A stretch of 64,000 nucleotides of DNA from Camelus dromedarius (Eukaryota): assembly GCF_036321535.1 (NCBI RefSeq), contig NC_087447.1:43650001-43714000 (forward strand). The letters run 5' to 3'. Within the stretch, counting starts at the first letter, position 1. Every line of letters begins with the position of its first letter. A program made the translations under genes and the position numbers. Below the pieces are notes generated by a model. The model searched no databases, was not told the DNA's origin, and saw only the letters and a list, made by a program, of their open reading frames with translations. Positions 36,300 to 48,306 of this stretch are shown here, one piece after another.

Positions 36300-37560
36300 G
36301 ACATACAGTGACCTCTATCATAGCTGTTCTAAGACGATTTAAAATACTCTACATTCTCAACTGCTCTTTCTGCTTCCAGCTTGAACTGAATCCTGACTTT
36401 TGCATGAAATGACACGTTCTTCCCAGGCGTCACGAGAGATCATTCTGCTCCAATGACCCAACTTACAGAACACTTTTCTCCCTGTTACAAGACTGCTTCC
36501 AGATCACCTCCGTCTGCCCTCCCTCCTCTAAGGCAGCGCCATTCAGTTATGTCATATTCTCTCCAAATATACAACCTCGAGACAGTCTCCCATTTCCCTA
36601 GAGGCGTCTGACTTTTGATCAACAGTTTCTCTGCCTGCTTTGGGCATGTTCCACCTCCTCAGTAGCTTCAACATCCTTGTTAATCAGCCTTCCATTCAAT
36701 ACTCACTCTGGCTTCACATTTCTTGACCTTGACACCAACAGGCTTTGCTGCCACTTCATTTCAGCTCCTCAGCTGGATGGGCACAGCCTGGCCCTCATCT
36801 TGATCCAGAATGTATCTGCTCTGCTTCTCAAATCTTCAACTCCGGAATTCTCTCCTCTGGCCACAATCTTCTGACCTTTCAACCGGCCCATTTACTCACG
36901 CAAATAATCTTTCATTTCTTCTGTGGCTACTAGTTACTTAATAACTCCCTATGTTCCTATTTTATCAACTTCCTTTAAGCAATATTTGCTTCCTCATCTG
37001 TCTATACCTTGAGGTGCATCATTTCAATTGTATCATTTCTGCACCAGAAAAATTCTGCTAATCATCCCTGCTCCTAGCTCTGCAGTGTGTTTGCCTTACC
37101 AGAGCCCCATCCATGCCCCAAACTTCAAAGTCTTCTGTCTATGCTTCCACTCCCCATGGCCTTAAGAATTGCTGGTAAAAGTCACTCAATGATGCCAACG
37201 GGTTTCCAAACAAATTTACGCCATCTAATTACAGCTGATCTTCCAAACTTGTATTTATCTCTGGCTGGTTCCTTTCAGAGATTGTTCCAAACCTCTTCCA
37301 TTCTCCTCAAGCCCTAAACCCCACCCTATCCCCCACTCTTCTCCTCAAATAACCTCTCCTCATGTTTACTGAAAAGATTTTAAAGATCATCTGGCCATTC
37401 ACTGAACTTACATCCTTTCTATTACAAAGGTTCCCGGCATCGTCTCTCATTTCTCTCTTGAGCCCGTGTCTTAGAGAAAGCAAGCCCACACCTCCTTCCG
37501 AGGTTAGTCAGACACCACTGCGCACAGCCCACGTCTCTGCCAGGTTCCTCTACCTTTAAG
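36300..37560 (+). mobile_element. LINE-2 internal remnant including degraded endonuclease region
   Basis: Degenerate GDFN-like (agtagcttcaacatc) and GHTLDL-like (gggcacagcctggccctcatc) segments; boundaries approximate. Confidence 0.55.
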
Positions 37561-40480
37561 ACTGTCCCCTAGCCCAGTAAGTTTCCAGGTTACGTGCAAA
37601 AAGCACATGTTAAAGGACACAAAGATTCCAGACTTTGCTCCTGAAGTGCCCCATCTGACCCACCTTCCTGTCGCTGCCCAGTTCTCCAAGCCATCCTCAC
37701 AGCGCTCGAACGGAGATTCAGGTGACCTCCCTGGTTAACCAGTCGTGTTTGGCTTTGTGCTCTGAGTTCTGCTGCTGTTTCTCCCTCTAGCTGGTGACGC
37801 AGGACGCCTACTCACAGGGACCTGGGCTCTCCCTCACCCCTGTCCCGCCTTTGAGGAAGTTCCCACCAAGGCTGCGGGGCTCTAGGGTAGGGCCATTAAT
37901 CATCCACTCTGACAGGCATTTAATCTCGCCCTCACCATCAGCTGCTGCTCCTCGGGCTATAAACACGATCAGATTTCTGACTTTTGAAAGAACCTTCCCT
38001 CCTGACCTTCCTTCCCCTCGAGGGACCACCACCATCAGCTCTCACGGGCTGTACTAGGACAATGCACCCACGTGCAGCCTGCGTGGGAACGCTGTCTCTC
38101 TTCCCCTCCCCGTCACAGCCAAGCTTTGAAAGGAATAATCTACTCCTGCTGCCTCTTCTTTCTCATCTTCCCATCACTTCTCAAGAAAACACCTGCCACC
38201 CAGCTTCTGAATTCTCCAGGCAGAACACAGAAACAGTTCTGGTTCTGGGGACTGATGTCCAAACTTTTAGCTGCAACTGACACTTCTCAGCTCCCAACTA
38301 ACTCACCCTTCATCTCTCATCAGGAGAAGCCACTCCTTACCACCTCCATCCTTTCTTTTCGATTTCCTGACCTTTCTTTTTAGTTTTCCATCTCCTTTGC
38401 TGGCTACTTTTATCCTGATTACCCCTTAAGAAAGACATTCTTGGCCCCTTAGCTCTGTTCCCCGAGACTGGCATCATCTCTGCATCCAGCCTAATTGTCT
38501 ACAGCATGAAGGCAAGGAAGGCTTGGCGGCTGTGCAGACCCGCAAGGTGGCATCCTGCTGGGATCTCTTGGAATCACACAGCTACTATCCTGGGGGGTGG
38601 GTGTGAGGTGTGGGGAGGCACGGGGCTGGAGATTAGGGGCAAAGGTTTCATAAATTGCAGTAGCGTCTGCTCACCTGATTGTCTCAAGGTTGCCCGTGTA
38701 AATGAGAGAGGGCAGGGGACAAGGAGGGGGTGCTGTGGGAGGCAGGTTTGTTTTTCTTACTATGAAAGACCATGAAACTGGCTAAGGAGAGTTTAGGGGG
38801 AAAAAAACCCATGAACAAAATAATCGCTCACTTCACCACTACCCGTAATCTCTTCCAGAACGACAACCACATCTCCTTTCTTAGAGACTGAAAAAAAGCT
38901 TACATGTCAGAGCAAACCATCATTTCCTTTTTCTAAAGCTCAGTCTCTGGTGGGAGCTGATAAAAAGAGACTGACTTTTAACTGTGCTCTCCTTAAAGGA
39001 CCACATCTTGAAGCAATTACCTCCATCTTTAAGTGTGGAACCTGACCCCGGGAGTTACTGACCAATGACGGAGGACTGGAGCTAGGCTGGCAACCTGAAA
39101 CCAGAATGAACGAGCGGGCCACAGAAACACTTAAAAGGAAAAATGTGTCCCTTTGCCCTTTGAAGAAAGAAGCCTAGACCTCGCCGGGAAGCCTTTCATG
39201 AAGAGCACTGTGCAGAGAGAGGGGCTTGTAGTCAACCTGGGTTTGGGTCCAGACTCAGTCCCCACTAACTAAATCATCTCTCTGAACCTCCGTCCCCTTA
39301 TCTGTGAAAAGGGGTAAGGCACCTACTTCACACTGTGGTCCGGAGGTTGAACATCAGGTGAGATGGACTGGCGGAAAGCAGTTCTCTCTGCTTCATAAAG
39401 CTCCCGGGGGAGTGTCAGGGAGTAACTGGCATAAATCAGTTTTTTCACTCATGACTCAAGCATCCTGTCCCCTCAGACAGATCTGTGCTTCCACAGGCTC
39501 ACGTCTGTGCATAGTCCCGCTCAATATTCTTTTTGAGGTAGAAATGCCTCCTGACAAGTGCTCTTGGGGTATGTGGGAGCTGGGTGCCGACGACGCTTGG
39601 CTGAGGTCACACACCTGGACGCACCATTCCTCCACTCAACTCAAGGGCAGGAACTGGGCCCTGAACCGCCCTGGCCATTGTAAGGTTGTCCAGTTTTAAC
39701 AGAACTGGAAGAGCGGAGCTACAACTCTAAGAGGTGGGCAATGCAGAGTCCACACTGTCATTCCTGTTCTCTGTAAATAAGAACACAGGTTCACTGACTT
39801 TCCCAGATCAACAGCACATGGCGAACCTGCAGAAAGTTGTGTCCACGGACTCCGAATCCTCTAGATCCGTCACTCTCCACACCTCACCTCAAAGGCAGTC
39901 AAAACAACGTGGCTGCCTGACACCTGGAGCTAGGGTCAGGTCGGAGGACTGAGGTGGAGCCCGGTGTTCCTCCTCAAGGTGCCCAAAGCCGGGCTGTGTC
40001 CTCACAAGGGGCTTTGAACCCTTTCTTCCTCTCACCTCGGCTTCCCCAGTCCATCTTCTTTTTGGCTCTCAACACTGTTTCTGTTCCTCACATTGACTGC
40101 ATCTGTAAAAGGCCAGTCTCTGCGAAGAGCTCCTTGTGGCTGCCAGCTCTGTGTAAAACCTCTTATCCACTGAACAGCATCAGCTTCATCCCTGAAGTCA
40201 TCACCCTCTGGAGAAGTGTCAGTGGTCGGAGGCAGAGCAGTTTGTGTGTAGGAACTTACCAGGCCCCAGAGAACCCACAGAGGCCACCTTAGGAAAAAGG
40301 CAGCAGGGACATCAAATGCATCAGCAGACCATGGGGAACCCCTCCATGAAAAAGATCTTGTCACCAAGATGGTCTGCACTGGCCACAGTGAGGAGGGCGC
40401 TGGTCCAGCCCTGTATTCCTGGGCTGCTCTTCTGGGCCCTGGGCTCGGACAGCCCACTGCGCAGCTTTCAAAGATGCAGC

Positions 40481-40551
40481 TGGTACACCAGAAATTGACA
40501 TAACATTGTAAACTGACTATACTTCAACTAAAAATCAATTAATTATTTTAA
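40481..40551 (+). mobile_element. Very short L1 3' tail insertion with TSD
   Basis: tacaccagaaattgacataacattgtaaactgactatacttca. TSD aaagatg(c/a)agc at 40470-40480 and 40552-40562. Confidence 0.8.
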
Positions 40552-41164
40552 AAAGATGAAGCCAGGGAATGCCTTGACCTGCTTAAGGATCAGGGGACAA
40601 GGCTAAGTAAGTCCTGTGAGCTCTATACCCAGACCAGTGGTTCAGACCACTCCAGACCAGTAAAAAATGGACTTGGGCTGTGGCCCGATAGGGAAGGTTC
40701 CCTGGGGAATCCAGACACACTCAGTGAGTCAGAGACCATATCTGAGTAGGTGTTTCCACAGGCAGTCCCAAGAGATGCTCGTAGCTGGCCCATTCCCACC
40801 CTGCGTCCTGCAAAGGGCTGCAGACGAGAAATATTTTGCCCTCAAATGTGTCCATAATCTGTCTGCGGCTCACGTGGCCCTGCCTCTGTGCTCATTCTGT
40901 TTGGTCCTGGTTTGCCTGTCTAACCACATGGGTCTTCACGCTCTCACTTTCTGGAGACCAGACAGGTTAATACGTAGAAGAAAACAGATGAGAGCCGAGA
41001 CATCAGCACTTCGTGGGGGACCGGGCCACAGCAGGCCCAGGGGTCTGTGGCTCATGAGCCAGGTGGGGAGCTAACTCCCTCCCTCTTGTGCTTCTGGAGG
41101 TGTGCTCGGTGTGTAGGGCTGGCGGGGGCCGCTGCCCAAGGGAAGCAGTGTCAACAGGCAGGCA

Positions 41165-41586
41165 GTGAGTCTGTTTCTGTTTTGTAAATTAGTGTCATTT
41201 TTTTTAGATGATTTGTAAGTGATATCATATGATATTAGTCTTTCTCTGACTTAATTCACTTACTATGGTCATCTCTAGGTCCATCCATGTTGTTGCAAAC
41301 GGCATTATTTCATTCTTTCAAGCTTATGGTTACCAAAGGGGAAAAGGGAGCGGGGCTGGGATAAATTAGGAGTTTGGGATTAGCAGATACAAACTACTCT
41401 GTACAACACAGATAAACAGCAAGGTCCCACTGTACAGCATAGGGAACTATAACTTAATTCAATAGCTTGTAATAACCTATAATGAAAAAGGATATGAAAA
41501 AGAATATATAAATGTGTAATTGAATTACTATGCTGTATACCCAAAACTAATACAAATCAACTATACTTCAATTAACAAAATAAAAA
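41165..41586 (+). mobile_element. LINE-1 3' fragment with inverted 5' part (41165-41318 minus, 41319-41586 plus)
   Basis: Both arms match consecutive parts of the L1 copies at 5465 and 57258 but point in opposite directions. Confidence 0.88.
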
Positions 41587-43087
41587 GGCAATCAGAAAGC
41601 CCCACGCTGTGACAGTGAAAGGATCTCCTTCAGAGCTCCTCAGGCTCAGGGCAGGAATGGTCTGGCAGAAAGAGGCAACTGTTTGCCTCCATTCTCTGCC
41701 TCAAGGCTGTGAGTCATGCCTGTTCCTACCACCAAAGCCAAGCGCCCCGGGGCCCAGGACATCACAGTCAAATCAGGCAAGTCTCTTCCTGCCCCTGCTT
41801 CAGAGGACACTTACATATGTACTCCAAGCTACAGATGGCATCCCACCAGCACTGTGGTGCAAGAACTAAGCATCTTTCCAAACAGCATCAAGCAGATTTC
41901 AGGAAAGCATTAGCACGTGACACAGAGCAGAACATCTGGCGTAGGATTCAGAGCTAGCCACCCAAAGAGTTCCAGCTCGGGGGTCCCCGAGCCCAGCAAA
42001 CATATGAGTGGGAGAGGAGGCACAAATGCCTCCTGTGACTTGACCTAAAACCCCCCAAGAAAGGGGTACTGCACACTCCATAATTTTACCCTTGAAAGGC
42101 TGAGAGAACGCAGTAAGAGGTATGAGTATAAAAATAACTTGGTTAAGCTCGGGAAGATCTTTAAATCCCAGCGGTAGCAAGTAAGAGCTACTATATTCCA
42201 AAATCTACCAAGCCAAGACCACCATTCCAAGTGGTACCTGCAAATCGCATGACTGCTACCTCACTCACAGCATATGAGAAGGAAGATTTAGAATAAACAG
42301 GATATAAGGGGTAACTGAGCTTAAGACTTCTTTGAAAGTCTAAAAGCCAGTCTATGAGGTATTGCTTAGAAGGACAAGACAGTGTCCCCCAGGTGGGGCT
42401 GGGAACCGACATCAGACTTCTCCGTGCAGAGACTCTTGACAAGGGAGCAGAAACACTGCCACAGAGAGGGGCGTGGAGCAGTCCTAGAAGAGTAGCCAGG
42501 CGGCGGTCAGAGAACTCAGGCATCACAACGGGCCATTTTCTGACCTCCAATCATGTGGTAACTCACAGGCACTGCCTTCCTGAAACATCAACCTCTGATA
42601 TTTTTTGACACATTCCCTTCCATGTGCAAATCTTCTTGGTCTCTGTCTAGGTTTTGTTTTTTGGGTTTTTTTTGTTTTTTCACACCGCACTCCATCATCT
42701 TCCTCCCTGGTCCCCACTCCTAAACCACACCTTATGCCATCCTGAAAAAACAGTCTCGTGGGTTGTCCTATGTACTCTTCATGAAAATGTTTTTCTGCTA
42801 CTTGAGATTTTTTCCATCAGGCTATTTTCTTTACTGAGTCTTCAAAAGAAAGACAACTTTTAAGAGCAAATAATTAAAAAGACAGACTCAACTCCTATCA
42901 CTACTCAGATTTCCAGGGAATACGACGAGCAGGAGAAATGGCACACAGTTTAAGTAGAAAACCAAACGGAGCTGAGAAGATGGTAACATTAATCAGCAAT
43001 GAGAGGATAAACTAATAATAGCTTCCAAGCTGGCAGAAAGTTTTTACAAAGATATTTGCATAAAATATTGACTTCTTAACTAGATTC

Positions 43088-43387
43088 TTTTTTTTTCTTA
43101 AAGTATAGTTGATGTGCAATATTATGTAAGTTACAGGTGCACAATATGATTCACAATTTTTAAAGGCTATACTCCATTTGTAATTATTATAAAATACTGG
43201 CTCTATTCCCTGTGTTGTTCAATATATCCTTGTAGCTTATTTGATAGTTAGTCCTCCATCCCCATAATGCCCCTCCCCCTTCCCTCTCCCCACCAGTAAC
43301 CACCAGCTTGTTCTCTATATCCGTGAGTCTGTTTCTTTTTCGTTGTATTCACTAGCTTGTTGTATTTTTTAGATTCCACTTGTGATA
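43088..43387 (-). mobile_element. LINE-1 3' end, older subfamily
   Basis: Poly-T, then aagtatagttga...ttccctgtgttg...gtaaccac...gtgagtctgtttc...tttagattccac. Confidence 0.85.
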
Positions 43388-44193
43388 CCAACACTGACTT
43401 TTTAAGTTCTTCAAATGCGCTCAAAAGAAACTATTTACAATAGGCTCAGACTGTTCAAGAGTGGAAGAGTTAATTATGATACTTTTACTCAAAGACAAAA
43501 ATCTATAAATGATAGTAAAGACAGTGATACAGCAGAATTTAAAAGTGGAAAAAACTCACTCTGATGTTAAGCACACAAAATCGGAGGACTAAATTTATAT
43601 CTCTAGTGAGAATAGTTTTGTAAACGACATGTACATGTAACAAAAAGGACCAAAGAGAAACAAAGATAAGACACTGAAGAGACTTTTTTGAATGGTAAAA
43701 GAGCAGCTAATTTTTTTTCACTTTGATATGTATTTAATTATATTAAAATATTACTTATGTAATATGTAATTAGTTTAATCAAAGAACGCTGCACAAAGTA
43801 ACAGGTGGGAGAGTGAGAATGGGACAGAGGCACAAAATAAGCTAATTGACTTTCAAAAACCCCAAATGCCACCAGCAGGCAAACTGTGGTCCCTGTGATA
43901 AGGTGAGGGTGACACTGCCAGCAGAGCCCTCCTGCACCGAACCAGGCCTGGAGAAAGTGCCCTGGGAATCTGTCTAACCAGCCCAACAAGTTATTCCTCT
44001 TGGCCCAGCCCCTCCCCACCCTCCCTCCTCTGCCACTCTCAACGTTGAGGCTGGTTTCACCTGCTGTATAAACACTGCACCCTGAGCAGCCAACCCTCCC
44101 TGCAGGCAGGAGGGGAAAGTTAGCAGCTGTAACCTGGACCTCACCTGACAGGTGAGCAGTTGCAGACCCCAAGGGTCCCCCACCCGCCCTTAC

Positions 44194-44307
44194 CTGTTGA
44201 AGCATCTCTTCGGCAGCATTGAGTTTCACCTGGTGTCCTTCCAGACACACTTCCAGGTCCCGAATCTTCTCTCCTTGGGCTTCCACCTGGTCTGTGAGGA
44301 CGCTCAC
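44194..44307 (-). CDS. PPFIBP2: PPFIBP2 coding exon (~exon 5), 114 nt, VSVLTDQVEAQGEKIRDLEVCLEGHQVKLNAAEEMLQQ
   Basis: gacag/GTG...CAG/gtaagg, phase 0-0, liprin-beta coiled coil. Confidence 0.97.
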
Positions 44308-46619
44308 CTGTCCCAGGAAACAGAGCAGTGGTGAAGGAGCAGGGCTGGCTCCCAGCTGCAGCTGAGCCGTGAAGCCACACCACTGATTCTCTAGTGAGAG
44401 GAACGGCTTTCTTTCGGGCAGGTGGCAGGTGAGGGGATGCGTCCTGGATGAAGGAAAGCCTGGTTGTTTTCTTACCTGGCTGGGAAGTGTCAGCCACACC
44501 TGGAAAATGTTGGTCCCATTTCCTGCTCTCGATACTCAGGAGAAAAACACACAGCAACCATGGGAGCTGCCTCTGGGGGACTCCTGCCCCACTTCCTCTC
44601 ACAGAGCTCCCTCGGGCAGCCCCGACCTCAGGGCAGCCCTCAGCTGGCTTGCCAGGGCTCCTGCCACCTCATGTGGAAGTGCGATCCCCACTTCTGCGGA
44701 AACCAACCAATGACCCTGCCCCTCTCATCGGGGTGTAAGGGCTGCTCACCTATCAGGCGAGGGTTCTGAAGCAACGAAGGAATGTGGGACAGAAAGGGCA
44801 TGTATTAGCACTGACAAAACTTGGCTTCAGGAAGGTTTCTGTGCTTCACAGGTCAAAACATGACTCTCAGCCATAAACACGCACAAGCCACACTGCATAA
44901 ACAGTGGCAGGAAAAAAGTTGTCTTTCTGAAGAACACTGAGGTTATCTGTTGGAATTGTTAATTCACAAAAACCCATGGACAGTAAGTCATTTCAATGAT
45001 GCCCTCCATACAGGCTGGGAGGAGTCTCACTGCCTTCTCTACCGGCAGGCTGCCCCCAGCATCCTTTTCCTTACTCGTTATTGTAAGGTGCCTCGGAACA
45101 GGAAGATGAAGAAAGCATCTTGAGTGACTTCCCCCAAAAAGAAGGAAATCAAGGACTGGTAAACTGAGATCTTTTAAAGCCTTTTGGTTTTTAACCAATG
45201 GTTGACTCATCGCCATTTACGGACAGATTATTGTAAATTATCTCAGTCTGTAAAGGAATAATAGCTGGAGCGTGAAGGAGTTCATGTTTAGATTGTGCGT
45301 GTTTAAATCAACTTTATGAATTATAAAGCTCCCTTTTACAGAGGAGCTCACCTTAATTAATATGGCTGCTTTAACCATTCCACTTTTATGTTCCCAAGTG
45401 GCTAATGCATTAGTGAAATATATTCCTGGAGTTGATGCACAATGTGCTAACATTTCAATTATGATCCCAAAATGAGTGCCTTCCATCAAGTAGGACCATC
45501 GTCACCTTGCTGTCTCATATGATCAGTAGTCCTGGCCTTTTCAACTGCTAACTCTACTTTCAAAAGAGTAGGATTCCAAGGGTGGCCTTGGCTCCCTGGG
45601 TGCCAGAGTTTCTGTTTGGGAAGGATGTGCTATGGTTAATCTTAATTGTGAGGGTTAGCTCTTATAGTCTGCACTGCGCCTTCGGGCCATGTGCTGGCAG
45701 TACCCAGAGGAATATAACATGTGGTCTCTAGGTCTATAACTTGCAGCTCACCTGTAAGACTCAAGATACCCAGAAGATATATATGCATATGTTTAAACAT
45801 ACAAGATATATATAAGACCCAAAATACACAGGACTGGCGGGTCCTTACAAATTCTCCTCAAAATTATGAACAAAAACGTATAAAGGTTTTAAATGTGACC
45901 TTATTCAAGAAACACAAATATTTTTGAGCCCCTACTCCATGCTAGGCATAATTTTAGAAACTAAGGGGAACACAGAGGTTAAAAAAAAAAGAAGATGAAA
46001 ATTCTTGCATTAAGAAGTTACATTCCAATGAAGATATAAAAGATTTTGCTTTCATTTGTTTTTCACTATGCCTGGAAACAAAGGATTTTGTTCTGTGTGA
46101 TTTCCCCTGTTCTTCTACAAGTGAACACAGGAGAATATTCTGAACCAAGGGCTCCAACGAATTCAGTCTGGCTGAGCTGCCTCGTGAATGAAGGAGGAGG
46201 CTCTACCAGGCTGAGGGTCTGTCCAACCTGCTCCACAGGGCCTCTACAACACAGCAGTGAGCACGTAAGAGCAACTCTAAAAGTCTGGCCCCACCTCCTG
46301 GAGGACCAGAAACCATTAGGATCCACTTCTGACTTCTGATAAGCAGCTTCTTAATTGTGTCATACTTTTCAAACAAGGGTTATTTAAGAATTTGGAATTT
46401 TTAAAAACCGTGAATGCCAAAGAGATCATGACACAGAACTTCTTTATTCAATGGTAATCCTCTAAACAGGAATGTGTTATTTCAGCCACGAAGATCCCTG
46501 CTTCAACAGTTTGCAATTTCATACTGTTTGCTGCAAAATTCTAAACTGGACACTCTTTCATTAATCATGTCATTGGTACGAAGTTTCAGATTACACATCC
46601 CTCAAAACATCTGCGCTAT

Positions 46620-47100
46620 AATGTGCATTATCACCTGGCCCTTGCTACCTCTCTGAAGGCAGTTCCCAGGCTTCTTTGGGGTCACCAACTCCAGCCACAC
46701 GGCCCCTTCCTGTTCTTCCCACACACCAAGCACACTCCTACCTGCGGGTGTGTGCTGGACGGACCACCTCCTCTGGCTGGAATGTGCTTCTCCCAGTACC
46801 CGTGGGGTTCCCTCCCCAGCTTCCTCCTCCTCCCCCAGGTCTCCTATCAGGGAGGTCCTCCCTGACTACACAGTCCTTATCCTGCTTTATTTTCCTCCAT
46901 AGCACTTATCACCTGAAACATTTTGTGAATTGGTTTGTTTCGTGTACACGCATACACACACACACGCACACGTGAACAGAAGCTTTAGAACAGGGGCTTC
47001 GTCTATTTTCTGTCTGCTACATCCCCAGCCCGTAAAACCAGCGTCTACCTAGTTGTGGGCATGCAAATATTTTTTGATGAACAAATCAATGAATTGAAGG
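46620..47100 (+). mobile_element. LINE-2 3' remnant
   Basis: ttcctgttcttccc...tggaatgtgctt...tttattttcctccatagcacttatcacc...aaatattttttgatgaacaaatcaatgaat. Confidence 0.65.
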
Positions 47101-48213
47101 ACAGGAAAAAAAAAAACACTAGGATGCCAAATGGTGTAATTGTGTGTATTTGTCTGAGCTTAATTATTTGAAAGAGGGGCAGGACAGAGGGAAAAAGGCT
47201 GGAAGAAGAAGACAACATGTTAAACTCTTTTTGATCTTCCAAAGTTTCTTAAGTAATCACTTGATTACTTTTACATTCATTAAAAAAAAAAGTGAAATGA
47301 ATAAAAGAAATAAGGTAAAATAGAGGGAAAAAAGCCAAATACACTGCAGCCCCTTAACTCGAACGCTAACTCTAAGTGCTCTAAGCTAAGGTCCAAGGTC
47401 TAGGGAGGGTTCCAGAACCCCAACTGCCCCCTCCCCTCCATCCCACTACCAGCCTTCACCACCACCCTTCCAAGCTTTCTAAGGAGCTAAGATTGGGATA
47501 TTAGTCTTCTTATTCTCCAAAATGTCAATCACAGTGTCTGATGCATCCCAGATCTTGAGAATATTCATGCATTTGAGAACTAATCCAGCAAAGAGCTCCT
47601 ACCTCAGCAAAAATCCCCCACTGAGAATACTCGACCTTACGTCCTACCAAGGAACACAAGTTTTCAGGACTGAAACCGTAGCTTTGACTCTTTCTCCCTG
47701 GAAAGTTTTGGAGTTCCTTTCTTCAAAGTCAGAGAGTCATCAAAGGCTTATTAGCCCATGTTACCAGCTCCCGGGGATTTGGCCACAAAGCAATCAGTCT
47801 AGATCCAGCTCTCCAAATGTTTTGGGCCTCATCCTGTTAGCATCCCCTGTTAGGCTTTTAAAGAGGCTTTGTTTTATTAGTGACATGAGGACACATCTTA
47901 TCTCCTTTGAAAGAGTCCTGAGGACAAGGCCCCATTTAATCAGCCTGGCCACAGAGCTTCCAGTGTGCAGAGGCAGGTACTTGGCAGGCCGTGATAAATA
48001 ATGCATCCATTCACAGTCCCCAAAGCCACGTCCAGAGTTAAGTTGTGCCCCCAGTTAGTTTTTGCTTTGTTTCAGGAAAAGCCTTTCAAAAAATATACAC
48101 TTTGGGAGCAGGATACATCCGACAGAGAAAATCCTTTGTGCTTTCCTCCCACTTGAAGCAGCCACAGGGTTGGAGGTAACCGAATAAGCTGGTTCCCACC
48201 AAAAAGGACCCAC

Positions 48214-48306
48214 CTGTAATATGAGGGATTCCTTGTCTCCTTCTAGACGTGCCAAGCGTTCCTGGTACGTTTCATTGCTAGCAGCACCGTGGTGATTTGC
48301 CTGGGA
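48214..48306 (-). CDS. PPFIBP2: PPFIBP2 coding exon (~exon 4), 93 nt, SQANHHGAASNETYQERLARLEGDKESLILQ
   Basis: Acceptor ccttttag, donor CAG/gtgggt, phase 0-0. A second AG lies 6 nt inside the exon. Confidence 0.93.

Larger units (their letters stand above)
1296..48306 (-). other. PPFIBP2: PPFIBP2 (liprin-beta-2) gene body, partial; span of coding exons visible in the window
   Basis: 14 exons splice in frame to a liprin-beta sequence (ETYQERLARLEGDKESLILQVSVLTDQVEAQGEKIRDLE...KGIKKFWGKIRRTQSGNF...EFRRGGLRATAGPRL). Residues such as LEVCLEGHQVKLNAAEEMLQQ match beta-2 rather than beta-1 (recalled). Confidence 0.96.

Noticed and set aside
43738..44499. 253-aa minus-strand ORF as a single-exon gene
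   Set aside because: Only the 114-nt middle part is the real exon; the rest is intronic read-through beyond canonical splice sites.
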